Shown one piece after another: positions 37,331 to 48,449 of a stretch of DNA of 64,000 nucleotides. Positions within the stretch are counted from its first letter, which is position 1. Each line of letters starts with the position of its first letter. This DNA is from Candidatus Latescibacterota bacterium. GTDB taxonomy: Bacteria > Latescibacterota > UBA2968. Below the pieces are notes generated by a model. That model was not told the origin of the DNA, did not search any database, and saw nothing but the letters and a program-made list of their open reading frames with translations. Location: positions 3,296,001 through 3,360,000 of the forward strand of contig OZ220741.1 of the NCBI GenBank assembly GCA_965116885.1, in the 5' to 3' direction. The position numbers were made by a program, and so were the translations under genes.

Positions 37331-39946
37331 ATGAAGACTGCTGTGCAAATTCGCGAAGAGTTTCAGGCATTTTTTGAATCCAAAGGCCATACGCGGGTTC
37401 AAAGTGCCCCCCTATTGCCGCAAGACGATCCTACACTGTTGTTTACCAATGCGGGTATGAATCAGTTTAAGGATGTGTTTTTGGGCACCGGGCGTCGGTC
37501 TTATTCACGGGCGGTAGATACGCAGAAGTGTTTGCGGGTTTCGGGCAAACACAACGATCTGGAAGAAGTGGGATTCAGCCCCAACCATCACACGTTTTTT
37601 GAGATGTTGGGCAACTGGTCTTTTGGCGACTACTTCAAAAAAGAAGCCATAGCGTGGGCGTGGGAGCTACTCACAGATGTGTGGCAGTTGCCAAAAGATC
37701 GCATGTGGGCAACGGTGTTTGGCGGCGACGAGGCCGATGGCCTGGAGGCCGATGAGGAGGCTGAAAAGCTCTGGACGCGCGTGACGGATTTGCCCGCCAA
37801 TCGCGTGCTGCGCCTGGGCAAGGAAGATAATTTTTGGGAGATGGGGAGTACTGGTCCTTGTGGCCCGTGTTCCGAAATACATTTTTATCTCGGCGATGAC
37901 CCGGCGCAACAGGATGCCGTGCCGGATTTGGACTCTGAGGATTATGTCGAAATCTGGAATCTGGTTTTTATTCAGTACAATCGCGGTGCCGGTGGCATAT
38001 TGCAGCCTTTGCCAGATCAGCATGTGGATACGGGGATGGGATTTGAGCGGATTTGCTCTATTTTACAGGGTGTACAAACCACTTATGATACGGATGTGTT
38101 CGTGCCAATTATTGGGGCGATTAGTGAGATTACTCGAAAACCCTATAACAAAGATCATCAGGTGCCCATGCGCGTGATTGCCGATCATGTGCGTACGCTC
38201 GCTTTTGCAATCGCAGATGGGGTGCTGCCGTCCAATGAAGGGCGAGGCTATGTTTTGCGGCGGATTTTGCGCCGCGCCGCGCGGTTTGGGCGCTCGCTGG
38301 GGATGCATGAGCCGTTTATTTTTCGACTGGTAGAGACAGTTGTCCATGAAATGCGTGTTGCTTTTCCCGAGGTGGCAGAAAAACGCGATCATATTACGCG
38401 GGTGATTCGGGCTGAGGAAGAGGGATTTGGCAAAACACTGGATCGCGGGCTGGAAATTTTTGAGGCAATGCAGGCGAAAGGACATATTTCCGGTGCAGAT
38501 GCTTTTCAGTTGTACGATACGTATGGTTTTCCCATCGATTTGACGCGGTTGATGGCAGCCGAGCAAGGTATTGAGGTGGATGAGGAGGGCTTTGAAGCGC
38601 AGATGACAGAGCAACAGAAGAGGTCTCGTTTGGCGGCTTCTTTTCATATTCAAGCAGAAGTTTCAGAAGTTACACATATTCCTAAATCAAAATTTGTGGG
38701 ATACGAAACACTTGTATCCGATTCGCGCATTGTCGACGATCCTCAACCCGCACAGAATGGGATGTTGGATCTCTATCTGGATATAACGCCTTTTTATGCC
38801 GAGTCTGGCGGGCAGGTTGGGGATACGGGTGAAATTGTAGGAGAAGGTGTGCGCTTTGAGGTAGCGACTACATTTAAGGCGGGAGAAGCAATTGTTCATC
38901 GCGGTCGCCTGTGCAATGGGCAGGTTGAAGAATTGAAAGGGATGGATGTGAAGGCGCGTGTCGATGCTGAAACCCGTTTGAATACGGCGCGCAATCACAC
39001 GGCCACGCATCTGATGCATCGCGCTTTGCGGCAGGTATTGGGCGATCATGTACATCAGGCTGGCTCGTTGGTTGCCCCAGATCGGTTGCGGTTTGATTTT
39101 ACGCATTTTGAAGGTGTGACACCCGCGCAATTGGACGATATTGTGGGGATTGTAAATGACGCGGTCAGGAGAGATTGGGCTGTCGATATTTCTTTTGACT
39201 CATTTGATCGCGCTGTGGAAATGGGTGCGATGATGTTGTTTAACGAAAAATATGGCGATGAGGTGCGCATGGTAAAAGTGGGGGATTTCAGCCTGGAGTT
39301 GTGCGGTGGCACGCATGTGCAAAGCACCGGGCAAATCGGGCTGTTTCAACTCACGCAAGAGACGGGTACCGCAGCCGGCGTGCGGCGCATTGAGGCGGTT
39401 ACTGGACCTGGTGCAGAAGCCCTCGTGCGCGAACAAAAGAAAATTTTGGTCGATCTCTCATCGCAACTGAGTGCGTCAACATCGGAATTGTCTGATAAAG
39501 TCGCGCACCTGATCGCGCACAATCGCGAACTCGAGCGCGAGTTGCAGAGTTTGCGACGGGAACGGGCCGGTTCAGAGATGGATATGCTGGTGAGCAGTGC
39601 CCTGAATGTAAATGGGTTACGCGTTGTGGCTGCCGAGGTTTCGCCACCTGATATGGATGGGTTTCGCACAATGGGCGACGGTTTGCGAGATGCCCTGGGC
39701 ACAGGGGGGGTTGGTGTTATTGGTGCGAATTTAAATGGCAAGGCATCGCTTCTCGCTGTGGTGACGGACGATCTGATTGATCGGGGTGTGCAGGCTGGCA
39801 ATGTTGTCAAAGCCATTGCGCAAATCGTGGGCGGCGGTGGCGGTGGTCGCCCCCATCTGGCGCAGGCCGGTGGCAAGTTTCCCGAAAAGATCGGAGAGGC
39901 TCTGGCGCAAGTGCCTGACATCATTCGGGCGCAGGTGGGAGGGTAA
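37331..39946 (+). CDS. alaS: Alanine--tRNA ligase
   Basis: DPTLLFTNAGMNQFK, HHTFFEMLGNWSFGDYFK, HTATH, ELCGGTH, GGGGGRP. Confidence 0.99.
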   Translation: MKTAVQIREEFQAFFESKGHTRVQSAPLLPQDDPTLLFTNAGMNQFKDVFLGTGRRSYSRAVDTQKCLRVSGKHNDLEEVGFSPNHHTFFEMLGNWSFGDYFKKEAIAWAWELLTDVWQLPKDRMWATVFGGDEADGLEADEEAEKLWTRVTDLPANRVLRLGKEDNFWEMGSTGPCGPCSEIHFYLGDDPAQQDAVPDLDSEDYVEIWNLVFIQYNRGAGGILQPLPDQHVDTGMGFERICSILQGVQTTYDTDVFVPIIGAISEITRKPYNKDHQVPMRVIADHVRTLAFAIADGVLPSNEGRGYVLRRILRRAARFGRSLGMHEPFIFRLVETVVHEMRVAFPEVAEKRDHITRVIRAEEEGFGKTLDRGLEIFEAMQAKGHISGADAFQLYDTYGFPIDLTRLMAAEQGIEVDEEGFEAQMTEQQKRSRLAASFHIQAEVSEVTHIPKSKFVGYETLVSDSRIVDDPQPAQNGMLDLYLDITPFYAESGGQVGDTGEIVGEGVRFEVATTFKAGEAIVHRGRLCNGQVEELKGMDVKARVDAETRLNTARNHTATHLMHRALRQVLGDHVHQAGSLVAPDRLRFDFTHFEGVTPAQLDDIVGIVNDAVRRDWAVDISFDSFDRAVEMGAMMLFNEKYGDEVRMVKVGDFSLELCGGTHVQSTGQIGLFQLTQETGTAAGVRRIEAVTGPGAEALVREQKKILVDLSSQLSASTSELSDKVAHLIAHNRELERELQSLRRERAGSEMDMLVSSALNVNGLRVVAAEVSPPDMDGFRTMGDGLRDALGTGGVGVIGANLNGKASLLAVVTDDLIDRGVQAGNVVKAIAQIVGGGGGGRPHLAQAGGKFPEKIGEALAQVPDIIRAQVGG

Positions 39947-39954
39947 GTGCCTCA

Positions 39955-40704
39955 ATGTCGATATTCGAACAGTTGGTGGCTATTCGCGATCGCCGCGGGG
40001 CGGGGTTTTTGCCCCATCTGGATCCCGACAGGCTCGACAAAAAAGATCTGGGACGCACGGCCTCTCTTTGCGAAGCGCAGGGAGCAGACGCCATTTTGAT
40101 TGGCGGCAGTTTTTTGTTATCCACCAATTTTGATCGCATGGTGAGCGAGGTTGTACGCGCTGTAGATATTCCGGTGATTATATTTCCCGGCGATACCAAC
40201 CAGATCTCAGCGGCTGCCGATGCGATTATGTTTTTGTCGCTTATCAGTGGACGCAATCCCGAATTGCTGATCGGGCAACACGTCAAGGCCGCGCCAATTT
40301 TGAAAGCACACGGATTAGAGGCCATTGCAACCGGCTACGCGCTCGTGGATACAGGGCAGCTCACCACAGCCGAATACGTGAGCAACACGCGTCCTTTGCC
40401 GCGCGACAAACCCGAGATTGCAATGGCACACGCTCTTGCCGCCGAGTATTTGGGTATGCAATGCGTGTATTTGGATGCCGGTAGCGGGCCAGAGTTGATG
40501 GTACCCGAAGAAATAGTACAGGCAGTCTGTAGTTATGTGTCAATCCCAATAATTGTTGGCGGTGGCATTCGCGATCCCAAAGCTGCGGCAAAACGAGTCG
40601 CATTGGGCGCATCTTTTGTGGTGGTTGGTAGCATTTTTGAAGAAACGGGCTGGGATGCCGCGCTGATTGGCGCGTTTGCTTCTGCCATTCACTGTCTCGA
40701 CTGA
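39955..40704 (+). CDS. pcrB: Geranylgeranylglyceryl/heptaprenylglyceryl phosphate synthase
   Basis: LDPD, ADAILIGGS, FLSLISGRNPELLIGQHV, YLDAGSG, IVGGGIR. Confidence 0.9.
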   Translation: MSIFEQLVAIRDRRGAGFLPHLDPDRLDKKDLGRTASLCEAQGADAILIGGSFLLSTNFDRMVSEVVRAVDIPVIIFPGDTNQISAAADAIMFLSLISGRNPELLIGQHVKAAPILKAHGLEAIATGYALVDTGQLTTAEYVSNTRPLPRDKPEIAMAHALAAEYLGMQCVYLDAGSGPELMVPEEIVQAVCSYVSIPIIVGGGIRDPKAAAKRVALGASFVVVGSIFEETGWDAALIGAFASAIHCLD

Positions 40705-40774
40705 GTCCATTTTTTGACAATTGGGGATGTCGTTACCGTCTTTGCGGACGGTTTTTTTATGTGAGCGTATTGTT

Positions 40775-41665
40775 ATGTCTATTTCATCTGGTACAGTGTT
40801 GTGTTATGGGGTACTGGGTATCGACCAAATCGTGCAAGTGGCCTGGTTTCCCGAGCGCAATGGTCACACGCGCGCGTTTCGCGACGAAGAATTTGTTGGT
40901 GGAGAAGCGACCAATACAGCGGTGACTCTGAGCGGGTTGGGGGTTGACGTGCGGTTGCTGGGGTGTGCAATAGGAGATGATCGCAGGGGTGCACTTTTCC
41001 TGCGCGCAATGCGTCAATTTAGCGTGGATATCCGCACGCTCGATATAGATCCCAGCGTTCGCACCGGGCACGCCGTTATCCTGTCTGATGTCAATGGCGG
41101 GCGGACGATTTGTGGACATTTCCCCGATGTGCGCAGTAGGCCACTAACTGAGGCGGATCTCGATGGTGTCACCCTGTTGTCAGTTGATCCCTTTTTGGGT
41201 GAAAATGCGATCCGGGCAGCTAAACTTGCGCGAGAGCATGATATAACTGTGTTTGCTATTGAACTGTCCTCCGATCACCCGCTTGCAAAATTCTGTGATG
41301 TGGTGATCAATTCTGACGGTTTTATGCGCCGACACAGAATGGGCATGCCCTCGGATGTGGCGGTTGGGCTTTTGAAGGCCGGTATAGAAACTGTGGTGAT
41401 TACCAGGGGAAAACAGGGATGTCAGGTTTTTCAGGAAAATGGCAATAGTTTTGAACAGCCCGCATACCAGGTCACTGCGCGCGATACAACGGGAGCGGGA
41501 GATGCCTTTCGAGCCGGTCTTATTTACGGGTATTTGCAGGGATGGACGCTGACGCGCAGTGTGCAATTTGCCAGCGGAAGTGCCGCACTAACATGCGCTA
41601 AAGCCGGTGGTGCAGGCCATATTCACGGGGAAGAACAGGTCTTGCAACTGATTGCCGAAGATTGA
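40775..41665 (+). CDS. PfkB family carbohydrate kinase
   Basis: GGEATNTA, ITRGKQG, DTTGAGDAF. Confidence 0.93.
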   Translation: MSISSGTVLCYGVLGIDQIVQVAWFPERNGHTRAFRDEEFVGGEATNTAVTLSGLGVDVRLLGCAIGDDRRGALFLRAMRQFSVDIRTLDIDPSVRTGHAVILSDVNGGRTICGHFPDVRSRPLTEADLDGVTLLSVDPFLGENAIRAAKLAREHDITVFAIELSSDHPLAKFCDVVINSDGFMRRHRMGMPSDVAVGLLKAGIETVVITRGKQGCQVFQENGNSFEQPAYQVTARDTTGAGDAFRAGLIYGYLQGWTLTRSVQFASGSAALTCAKAGGAGHIHGEEQVLQLIAED

Positions 41666-41700
41666 ATTTCAAATGTTTCTGATTATGGGTGATACACACG

Positions 41701-41961
41701 ATGCTGGAACGACGGGCTACGGTAAAAAACAAATTGGGCATTCACGCGAGACCCGCGGCGTTGCTGGTACAGGCGGCGGCTAAATTTACTTCTGAAATTA
41801 CACTGGAAAAAGATGGTCTGGCAATCAATGGCAAGAGCATTATGGGTGTGATGATGTTGGCTGCGGAAGTGGGTTCTGTGATCACGGTGCGGGTCGAAGG
41901 TGAAGATTCCTGCATCGCACTGGATCATATCGTCGAAATGATTGAATCAAAATTTGACTGA
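41701..41961 (+). CDS. ptsH: Phosphocarrier protein HPr
   Basis: NKLGIHARPAA, NGKSIMGVMML. Confidence 0.95.
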   Translation: MLERRATVKNKLGIHARPAALLVQAAAKFTSEITLEKDGLAINGKSIMGVMMLAAEVGSVITVRVEGEDSCIALDHIVEMIESKFD

Positions 41962-41964
41962 GCT

Positions 41965-43749
41965 ATGAAATATCTCAAAGGCATACAGGCGTCTCCGGGC
42001 ATTGCGATTGCACCGGTGTATTTGTACGATCCGGAAGAGTTTCCCGTGGATCAACGCCGGATAGATCCCAGCGATATTCCCGTAGAGAAAGCGAGATTGG
42101 AAGAGGCAATCAGAGCTGTGTCTGAGGATTTCGCGGCCACGCGAGCGCATGTCGAGGATATACTGGGCAAAGAGCACGCCCAGATATTCGACGCGCATCT
42201 GCTCATATTGCAAGACCCCATGCTTCTCGAGCTTACATATCCACATATAGAAAAATATAATGCCGAATACGCTTTCTGGACGACTTTCCAGAATTTGCGT
42301 CGTCAATTTGAAGCGTTTCAAGATGATTATTTGAGAGAACGCGGTGCCGATTTATTGGGCATTGCAAAGCGGGTATTGGCCAAATTGGGGAATTGGGAAA
42401 AGGTGGGGTTAGACCGATTGCCCGACAAAGCGATTGTCGTTGCACGCGATTTGATGCCCGACGATATGGCGCATTTGCAACCCGATCGGGTTTTGGGGCT
42501 TGTGACAGAGGTTGGTGGTCCCACTTCCCACGCGATTATTCTGGCGCGCGGGTTAGAGATTCCCGCTGTTGTCAGCGTTGCCAATGCGCTATCTGATGCG
42601 CGTACAGGCGATATCGCGATAGTAGATGGTCGGCGCGGAGATTTTATTCTAAACCCGGATGATAAAACACTCGCACAGTATCGAGGCCTGGCCGAAAGAT
42701 TGAGAAAGCGAAAGGCCGGGTTGGTCGATTCCCGAGATTTGCCCGCTCAGACTGAGGACGGTGTTCAGGTCGCGTTGCAGGCCAATGTGGAATTGCCCAG
42801 CGAGGTGCATTCTGCGATGGATTACGGTGCTGAAGGCGTCGGGTTGTACCGCACGGAATATCTCTATCTCGCCAGCGATATTTTGCCCGATGAGGCCTCA
42901 CAGGTTACCGCTTATTCGCAAATGGCCAGGCGCATTGCGCCGCGTCCCCTCGTGATTCGCACCCTGGATCTGGGGGGCGATAAAATGTCGCATGTGCTCA
43001 ATACACAGACAGAAATGAATCCCTTTTTGGGACTGCGTTCCATCCGGCTGACGCTGAGGCACCGCGATCTTTTTAAAGTACAGCTTCGGGCGATCTTAAA
43101 AGCGAGTGCTGTTGGCAATGTGAAGTTGATGTTGCCCCTGATTTCGGGGATTGACGAATTGCGTGAGGCCCTTGCCGTGCTCGATGATGTGCGCGAAGAA
43201 TTGACACGAGAAGGTGTGCCTTTTGACCCTCAGTGTCCCGTTGGGGTCATGATCGAAGTCCCTTCTGCTGCGCTGATAGCCGATCAATTGGCACAGGAAG
43301 TCGATTTTTTTAGTATTGGCACCAATGATCTGATCCAATACACGCTTGCAGTTGATCGCGGCAATGATCTCGTCTCGTATTTATTCGAGCCGTTTCACCC
43401 CGCGGTCTTGCGATTGATCAAGTGTGTGGTCGATGCAGCGCATGCGGAAAATATACCGGTGACTGTTTGCGGTGAGATTGCGGGAGATCCGCATTCTGGA
43501 TTGTTGCTGGTGGGCATGGGGGTTGATAAGCTGTCGATGACGCCTTCGGCCTTGCCCGAGGTCAAACGCGCAATTCGCAATACATCCTTTAAGCAGCTTC
43601 AGGCACTTGGCGAAGATGTGCTCAATATGCAGGAGATCGCAGATATTCGGGTGCGCGTAAATGCCACTTTATCCGATGAGGATGACGAGATGTTCATTGG
43701 CGGGGAGAGTGGTGAGACGACACTACAAATGAGATTGTCATTGTTCTGA
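41965..43749 (+). CDS. ptsI: PTS enzyme I
   Basis: GGPTSHAIILAR, GVGLYRTE, RTLDLGGDK, EMNPFLGLR, FSIGTNDL. Confidence 0.97.
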   Translation: MKYLKGIQASPGIAIAPVYLYDPEEFPVDQRRIDPSDIPVEKARLEEAIRAVSEDFAATRAHVEDILGKEHAQIFDAHLLILQDPMLLELTYPHIEKYNAEYAFWTTFQNLRRQFEAFQDDYLRERGADLLGIAKRVLAKLGNWEKVGLDRLPDKAIVVARDLMPDDMAHLQPDRVLGLVTEVGGPTSHAIILARGLEIPAVVSVANALSDARTGDIAIVDGRRGDFILNPDDKTLAQYRGLAERLRKRKAGLVDSRDLPAQTEDGVQVALQANVELPSEVHSAMDYGAEGVGLYRTEYLYLASDILPDEASQVTAYSQMARRIAPRPLVIRTLDLGGDKMSHVLNTQTEMNPFLGLRSIRLTLRHRDLFKVQLRAILKASAVGNVKLMLPLISGIDELREALAVLDDVREELTREGVPFDPQCPVGVMIEVPSAALIADQLAQEVDFFSIGTNDLIQYTLAVDRGNDLVSYLFEPFHPAVLRLIKCVVDAAHAENIPVTVCGEIAGDPHSGLLLVGMGVDKLSMTPSALPEVKRAIRNTSFKQLQALGEDVLNMQEIADIRVRVNATLSDEDDEMFIGGESGETTLQMRLSLF

Positions 43750-43770
43750 TTTTTTTTAGGAGTGGACTTT

Positions 43771-44925
43771 ATGGGGCGTTTGTTTACGTCGGAATCGGTT
43801 TCTGAAGGGCATCCAGATAAGGTGGCGGATCAAATTTCGGATGCCGTGCTGGATGCTATGTTGGAGCGAGATCCCAAATCGAGGGTGGCTTGCGAAACGC
43901 TGGTGACAACCGGACTTGTGGTGGTCGCGGGAGAAGTGACCAGTAAGGCTACCGTGGATCTTCAGTCGCTGGTGCGCGGCGTGATTAAAGAGATTGGCTA
44001 TACGGATTCGAGCTACGGATTTGATTACAAAAGTTGTGCTGTGTTAGTGGCTTTAGACCAGCAATCGCCCGATATTTCGCAGGGGGTAACATCAGGGGAG
44101 GGATTGCACACGGAACAGGGGGCGGGGGATCAGGGGATGATGTTTGGATATGCGTGTCGAGAAACACCGGAATTGATGCCGTTGCCCGTTATCCTGTCTC
44201 ACAAATTGGTTGCAGAACTCGCGCAAATCCGAAAAGATAAAGGGCTTTCGTATTTGCGTCCCGATAGCAAAGCACAGGTGACGGTGGAATACGACGGGGA
44301 CGAACCGGCTCGCGCGCACACGGTGGTGGTTTCGACTCAGCACGATGAGGATGTATCGCACGAGCAGATTGTGCGGGATGTAAAGGAGAAAGTGATCCGC
44401 GAGGTGGTGCCCACGCATCTATTGGATGGAGATACGATTTATCACGTCAACCCAACTGGCAAATTTGTGGTGGGTGGTCCACACGGCGATTGCGGATTGA
44501 CCGGGCGAAAAATTATTGTGGATACGTACGGCGGGATGGGGCGTCACGGCGGTGGGGCGTTTTCCGGCAAAGATCCGAGCAAGGTGGATCGCAGCGGGCA
44601 TTATGCGGCGCGCTGGGTCGCCAAAAATGTCGTTGCTGCGGGCCTCGCATCTCGATGCGAAGTGCAACTGGCTTACGCTATTGGGGTGGCAAAACCCGTT
44701 TCGGTCGCCGTAGATACGTTTGGCACGGGCAAGATTGAGGAATCCAAGATCGTCGCTTTGATTGAAGATCACTTTGATCTGACGCCGTCTGGTATTATTT
44801 CGGCGCTGAAGTTGACCAGGCCCATTTACCGCTGCACGGCTGCTTATGGTCATTTTGGGCGCGGAGAATTTACGTGGGAACAGACGAGTAAAGCCGGTGC
44901 CTTAAAAAAAGCCGCTGGGCTGTAA
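43771..44925 (+). CDS. metK: Methionine adenosyltransferase
   Basis: [28 protein letters not shown]. Confidence 0.99.
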   Translation: MGRLFTSESVSEGHPDKVADQISDAVLDAMLERDPKSRVACETLVTTGLVVVAGEVTSKATVDLQSLVRGVIKEIGYTDSSYGFDYKSCAVLVALDQQSPDISQGVTSGEGLHTEQGAGDQGMMFGYACRETPELMPLPVILSHKLVAELAQIRKDKGLSYLRPDSKAQVTVEYDGDEPARAHTVVVSTQHDEDVSHEQIVRDVKEKVIREVVPTHLLDGDTIYHVNPTGKFVVGGPHGDCGLTGRKIIVDTYGGMGRHGGGAFSGKDPSKVDRSGHYAARWVAKNVVAAGLASRCEVQLAYAIGVAKPVSVAVDTFGTGKIEESKIVALIEDHFDLTPSGIISALKLTRPIYRCTAAYGHFGRGEFTWEQTSKAGALKKAAGL

Positions 44926-44954
44926 TATTTTCAATATCATTTTGCCTATTTTTT

Positions 44955-44982
44955 AGCGCGGAATTCATTTCCGCGCTTTTTT
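44955..44982 (+). terminator. Intrinsic terminator after metK
   Basis: AGCGCGGAA-TTCAT-TTCCGCGCT then T-run. Confidence 0.75.
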
Positions 44983-45002
44983 AGTTCGCGTAAATAGCTT
45001 TC

Positions 45003-46364
45003 TCATCTTTCGAGATCGTATTGTTTTATTTTTTTGTGCAAGTTGGTGCGTTCGATGCCCAGGGCATTGGATGCGCGTGTGACATTGCCTTTGTGTCGCT
45101 CCAGTGCTTCGGCAATGTAGTGTCGCTCAACGGCCTCGCGCACCTGACGAAGTGTTTTTCCCGCGCCGAGATCCGGGAAAGAGTCGGGTTGTCTTGGAAT
45201 GGACATACCATCTAAAGTGGGTAAATCTTCGGGGTAGATGGTGTCTCCTGAAACCATAATTGAGAGGCGTTCAACCAGATTTTTCAGTTCGCGGATGTTG
45301 CCGGGCCAGTCGTATTGCAAGAGCAGGTCTCGCGCTTCTGCCGATAGTGCTTTGGGTAAAAATCCATTTTCTTCGGCATAGGCGTTGAGGAAGTGTTCGG
45401 CCAATTCGGGGATGTCTTCGCGGCGTTCCCGCAAGGGCGGCGCTGTCAATGGCACCACATTCAGGCGAAAGTAGAGGTCTTCTCGAAATTTGCCCTGCTC
45501 GACTTCGGCATGCAAGTTTTTGTTTGTGGCCGCGATGACGCGCACATCTACGCGAAAGGTTTTTGCACCGCCTACCCGTTCAAATTCTCCCTGCTCCAGC
45601 GCGCGCAAAACCTTGGCCTGTACCGATAGGCTCATGTCGCCAATTTCATCGAGAAATAATGTCCCTCCATCGGCTTGAAGGAATTTGCCGTCGCGCGTTT
45701 TGACCGCGCCGGTAAATGCGCCTCGATCACTCCCAAACAGTTCGCTTTCAATGAGTTCTTCGGGAATGGCAGCACAGTTTACTTTAACAAAGGAATTTTT
45801 CGCTCTGTGACTCATTTTGTGAACAGCACGGGCAACGAGTTCTTTACCTGTGCCGCTTTCTCCAAGGATGAGGACACGCCCATTGGTGGGGGCAACGCGT
45901 GCGATCTGGTTGCGAATTTCTGATAGGGCAGGACTTTGCCCCACCATTTCATAGCGTCCCTCTATTTGTTGCTTGAGGTGGCGGTTTTCTGCGGCGAGTT
46001 TTCGCGTTTGAAGGGCACGAGAAATCGCCAGTAGAACTTTGTCGCGATCGAGGGGTTTTTCCAGGAAATCATAAGCTCCTCGTTTGATGGCGAGAACGGC
46101 GTTTTGCACATTGCCGTGTCCCGAAATCATAATGACTGCCAGATCAGAACGCACTTTGAGGAGTTCGGGCAATACGTCGAGGCCGTTGACTTCTGGCATA
46201 ACAATATCGAGCAGGACCAGGTGAATGCGTTCTTTTTGCAATACGCCAAGACCCGCTTGTGCCGAGGCACAGGTGAAGACCTGATAGCCTTCGCCTGATA
46301 AGATCATGTCTAAGGTTCGGCGGATATTTCTTTCGTCGTCAATAATGAGAATGTTTTGGCTCAT
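45003..46364 (-). CDS. Sigma54-dependent response regulator (NtrC/NtrX family)
   Basis: Receiver domain, [28 protein letters not shown], Fis-type HTH. Confidence 0.95.
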   Translation of the reverse strand: MSQNILIIDDERNIRRTLDMILSGEGYQVFTCASAQAGLGVLQKERIHLVLLDIVMPEVNGLDVLPELLKVRSDLAVIMISGHGNVQNAVLAIKRGAYDFLEKPLDRDKVLLAISRALQTRKLAAENRHLKQQIEGRYEMVGQSPALSEIRNQIARVAPTNGRVLILGESGTGKELVARAVHKMSHRAKNSFVKVNCAAIPEELIESELFGSDRGAFTGAVKTRDGKFLQADGGTLFLDEIGDMSLSVQAKVLRALEQGEFERVGGAKTFRVDVRVIAATNKNLHAEVEQGKFREDLYFRLNVVPLTAPPLRERREDIPELAEHFLNAYAEENGFLPKALSAEARDLLLQYDWPGNIRELKNLVERLSIMVSGDTIYPEDLPTLDGMSIPRQPDSFPDLGAGKTLRQVREAVERHYIAEALERHKGNVTRASNALGIERTNLHKKIKQYDLER

Positions 46365-47809
46365 CGCTGTTCCTCCGGTTGCGCTTTCGCTCGGTTGGGT
46401 ATGGGAAGTTGAAGGTCGAATTGCGCGCCTCCTGCAGGAGCATCTGTGACCGAGATGTGCCCCCCGTGATCTTCAATGATGTTATGCACCACGGCAAGGC
46501 CCAGGCCCATACCGCTTTCTTTTGTCGAAACATAAGGTTGGAAGATACGCACGCGATCTTTCAGGGGTACGCCCGGTCCGCTGTCAATTACGGAAATTAT
46601 AGCCGTGTCATCAGAAGTACACGTGCGTATCTCGATCTCGCCGTTTTTGCCAGAGGCGTCAAGACTGTTTTCTATCAGATTAATTAGCACCCGACGCATC
46701 TGCTCGACATCGAGTTCGAGCGCGGGCTGATTTTTCTCCAGGTTGAGGTGAATGCGAGCATCCGGGTAAAGGCGAACGACATTTTGTACACACTCATTGA
46801 GGTCGCTGAGAGATAGTGAGAGAGAGGGCATGCGAGCAAAGTTGGCAAATTCTTGAACCAGAGATCTGAGATTTTCGACTTCTTCGGTGACGATTTCCGT
46901 GCAGTTGGTTACAAATTTTTGATATGTGGGATCATTTCCAGGGTATTTGTCGCGCATTTGCTGTACGGCAAGTTGAATGGGCGTCAACGGATTTTTTATT
47001 TCGTGAGCCAGGCGCCGCGCTATTTCTCGCCAGGCTGCAATTTGCTCAGCTTCGAGTCTTTTGCGTCTGTTTTCTACAAGGTCTTGCGCCATTTGGTTAA
47101 AGGATTCGATAAGTAGGCCAATCTCGTCATCTCTGCCTTTGGGAATGCGGTATTGCAGGTTATCGCGTGCCATTTCTCGCGTGCCTTTAAGCAGTGCGTG
47201 AAGCGGGCGCGTGATCCCAAAGCCGATGCGAATACCAGTTACAGATGCCAGAAGGACAACGCCTGCTGCTGCGACGAGAAATGCGAGCAGAAATGCCGTG
47301 TGCAGATCGTCTTCTGCCATTTCAATATGTTTGTACGTATGTACGGCATTTTCAACATCGATGAGTGCCTCGAGTGAAAGCAGGGCAGTTAGTGCGCGTT
47401 GCGAATCGGGAAGTGCGATTACCAGTTGAAGCTGATCGTTTTCTACTTTGGAGACCGCGGGACCTTGCGAAAGATCTGTGTCGATCTGTTCGAGAGGTGA
47501 AATACGCAGGGTCATGTCGCCGAGCCCAGCATTTGCAAACGCGGCGTGTAAGGCATTGAGGTCGCGGCGAGGCGGTGCAGACAACATATGTCCAATATCC
47601 TGAAGCTGCCGTTTTTTGGCGTCGTAGTTCTCTTTTGCCAGAGAAAGCGCACTGGTCAGCGCACTACCCACCTCGACATTGACATTGGTCTGAGTCTGAA
47701 GGCTCAGAGCCAAAAAGTGCCGTGCGAGCAGCGCGAGTATAAGTGTTGCGCCCAATGCCAGACCAATCAGGGCGGCGATGATGCGCCAGCGCAGGGGGAT
47801 AGCTCTCAT
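46361..47809 (-). CDS. HAMP sensor histidine kinase (NtrY-like)
   Basis: AWREIARRLAHEIKNPLTPIQL, NLIEN, DSGPG, GMGLGL. Confidence 0.92.
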   Translation of the reverse strand: MRAIPLRWRIIAALIGLALGATLILALLARHFLALSLQTQTNVNVEVGSALTSALSLAKENYDAKKRQLQDIGHMLSAPPRRDLNALHAAFANAGLGDMTLRISPLEQIDTDLSQGPAVSKVENDQLQLVIALPDSQRALTALLSLEALIDVENAVHTYKHIEMAEDDLHTAFLLAFLVAAAGVVLLASVTGIRIGFGITRPLHALLKGTREMARDNLQYRIPKGRDDEIGLLIESFNQMAQDLVENRRKRLEAEQIAAWREIARRLAHEIKNPLTPIQLAVQQMRDKYPGNDPTYQKFVTNCTEIVTEEVENLRSLVQEFANFARMPSLSLSLSDLNECVQNVVRLYPDARIHLNLEKNQPALELDVEQMRRVLINLIENSLDASGKNGEIEIRTCTSDDTAIISVIDSGPGVPLKDRVRIFQPYVSTKESGMGLGLAVVHNIIEDHGGHISVTDAPAGGAQFDLQLPIPNRAKAQPEEQR

Positions 47810-47830
47810 AGTTGTGTCTCCATGCAGTGT

Positions 47831-48442
47831 TTATTCTTCGAGAAGGTGTGGGAGTGCGCTGGGGCGAAATCTGAACAGGTCAATCCATTCGGGAGATGTA
47901 GATCTGTCCAGCGAAAAGAAAAATTCGAGAAAGCTGCCTTTTTCAATTATCTTGAGCCATTGTCGCGTGCGTTCTCGTTGCTCGGGTGATATCGGGTTTA
48001 CATCTATCCTCACTTGCAAGGTGATAGGCTCATCGGGCAGGGGAAGCTGAGCCAGTGTGACTCCCTGAAGTTCAGAACACGCGTGTCGAATATCTTCAAA
48101 ATGAGACGTGATCTGTGTGTCTGGTCGTGCGGATTGTCGGATGAGGCGATATTGCCCTTCCCAGATGTCGTGTTCCAAACGTCTGAGCAGGCCGCGCAGT
48201 CCCAGATTATCTCCACGACCTGTCCTCAGGCGAAATTGCACGGCGATAGATGTCGTCATACCTGTTTCAATGGCATCAATAGCCCGTTTGGAAAAGAGAG
48301 AATCGATGGTTGCATCGAGGCGCAGGGTATCGGATTGTACATAAATATAAAGACTGTCTTGCGGTATGTGCTGTGCAAGTAAGGGTTGCACGCTGACAAG
48401 CAAGCAAACTGTGAGCGTCTGGATGTTGAAGAATCGAGCCAT
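47831..48442 (-). CDS. Exported protein, DUF4390-like
   Basis: Signal peptide; AIETG...HDIWEGQY; usual position upstream of NtrY-like kinases. Confidence 0.65.
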   Translation of the reverse strand: MARFFNIQTLTVCLLVSVQPLLAQHIPQDSLYIYVQSDTLRLDATIDSLFSKRAIDAIETGMTTSIAVQFRLRTGRGDNLGLRGLLRRLEHDIWEGQYRLIRQSARPDTQITSHFEDIRHACSELQGVTLAQLPLPDEPITLQVRIDVNPISPEQRERTRQWLKIIEKGSFLEFFFSLDRSTSPEWIDLFRFRPSALPHLLEE

Positions 48443-48449
48443 CTATTCC

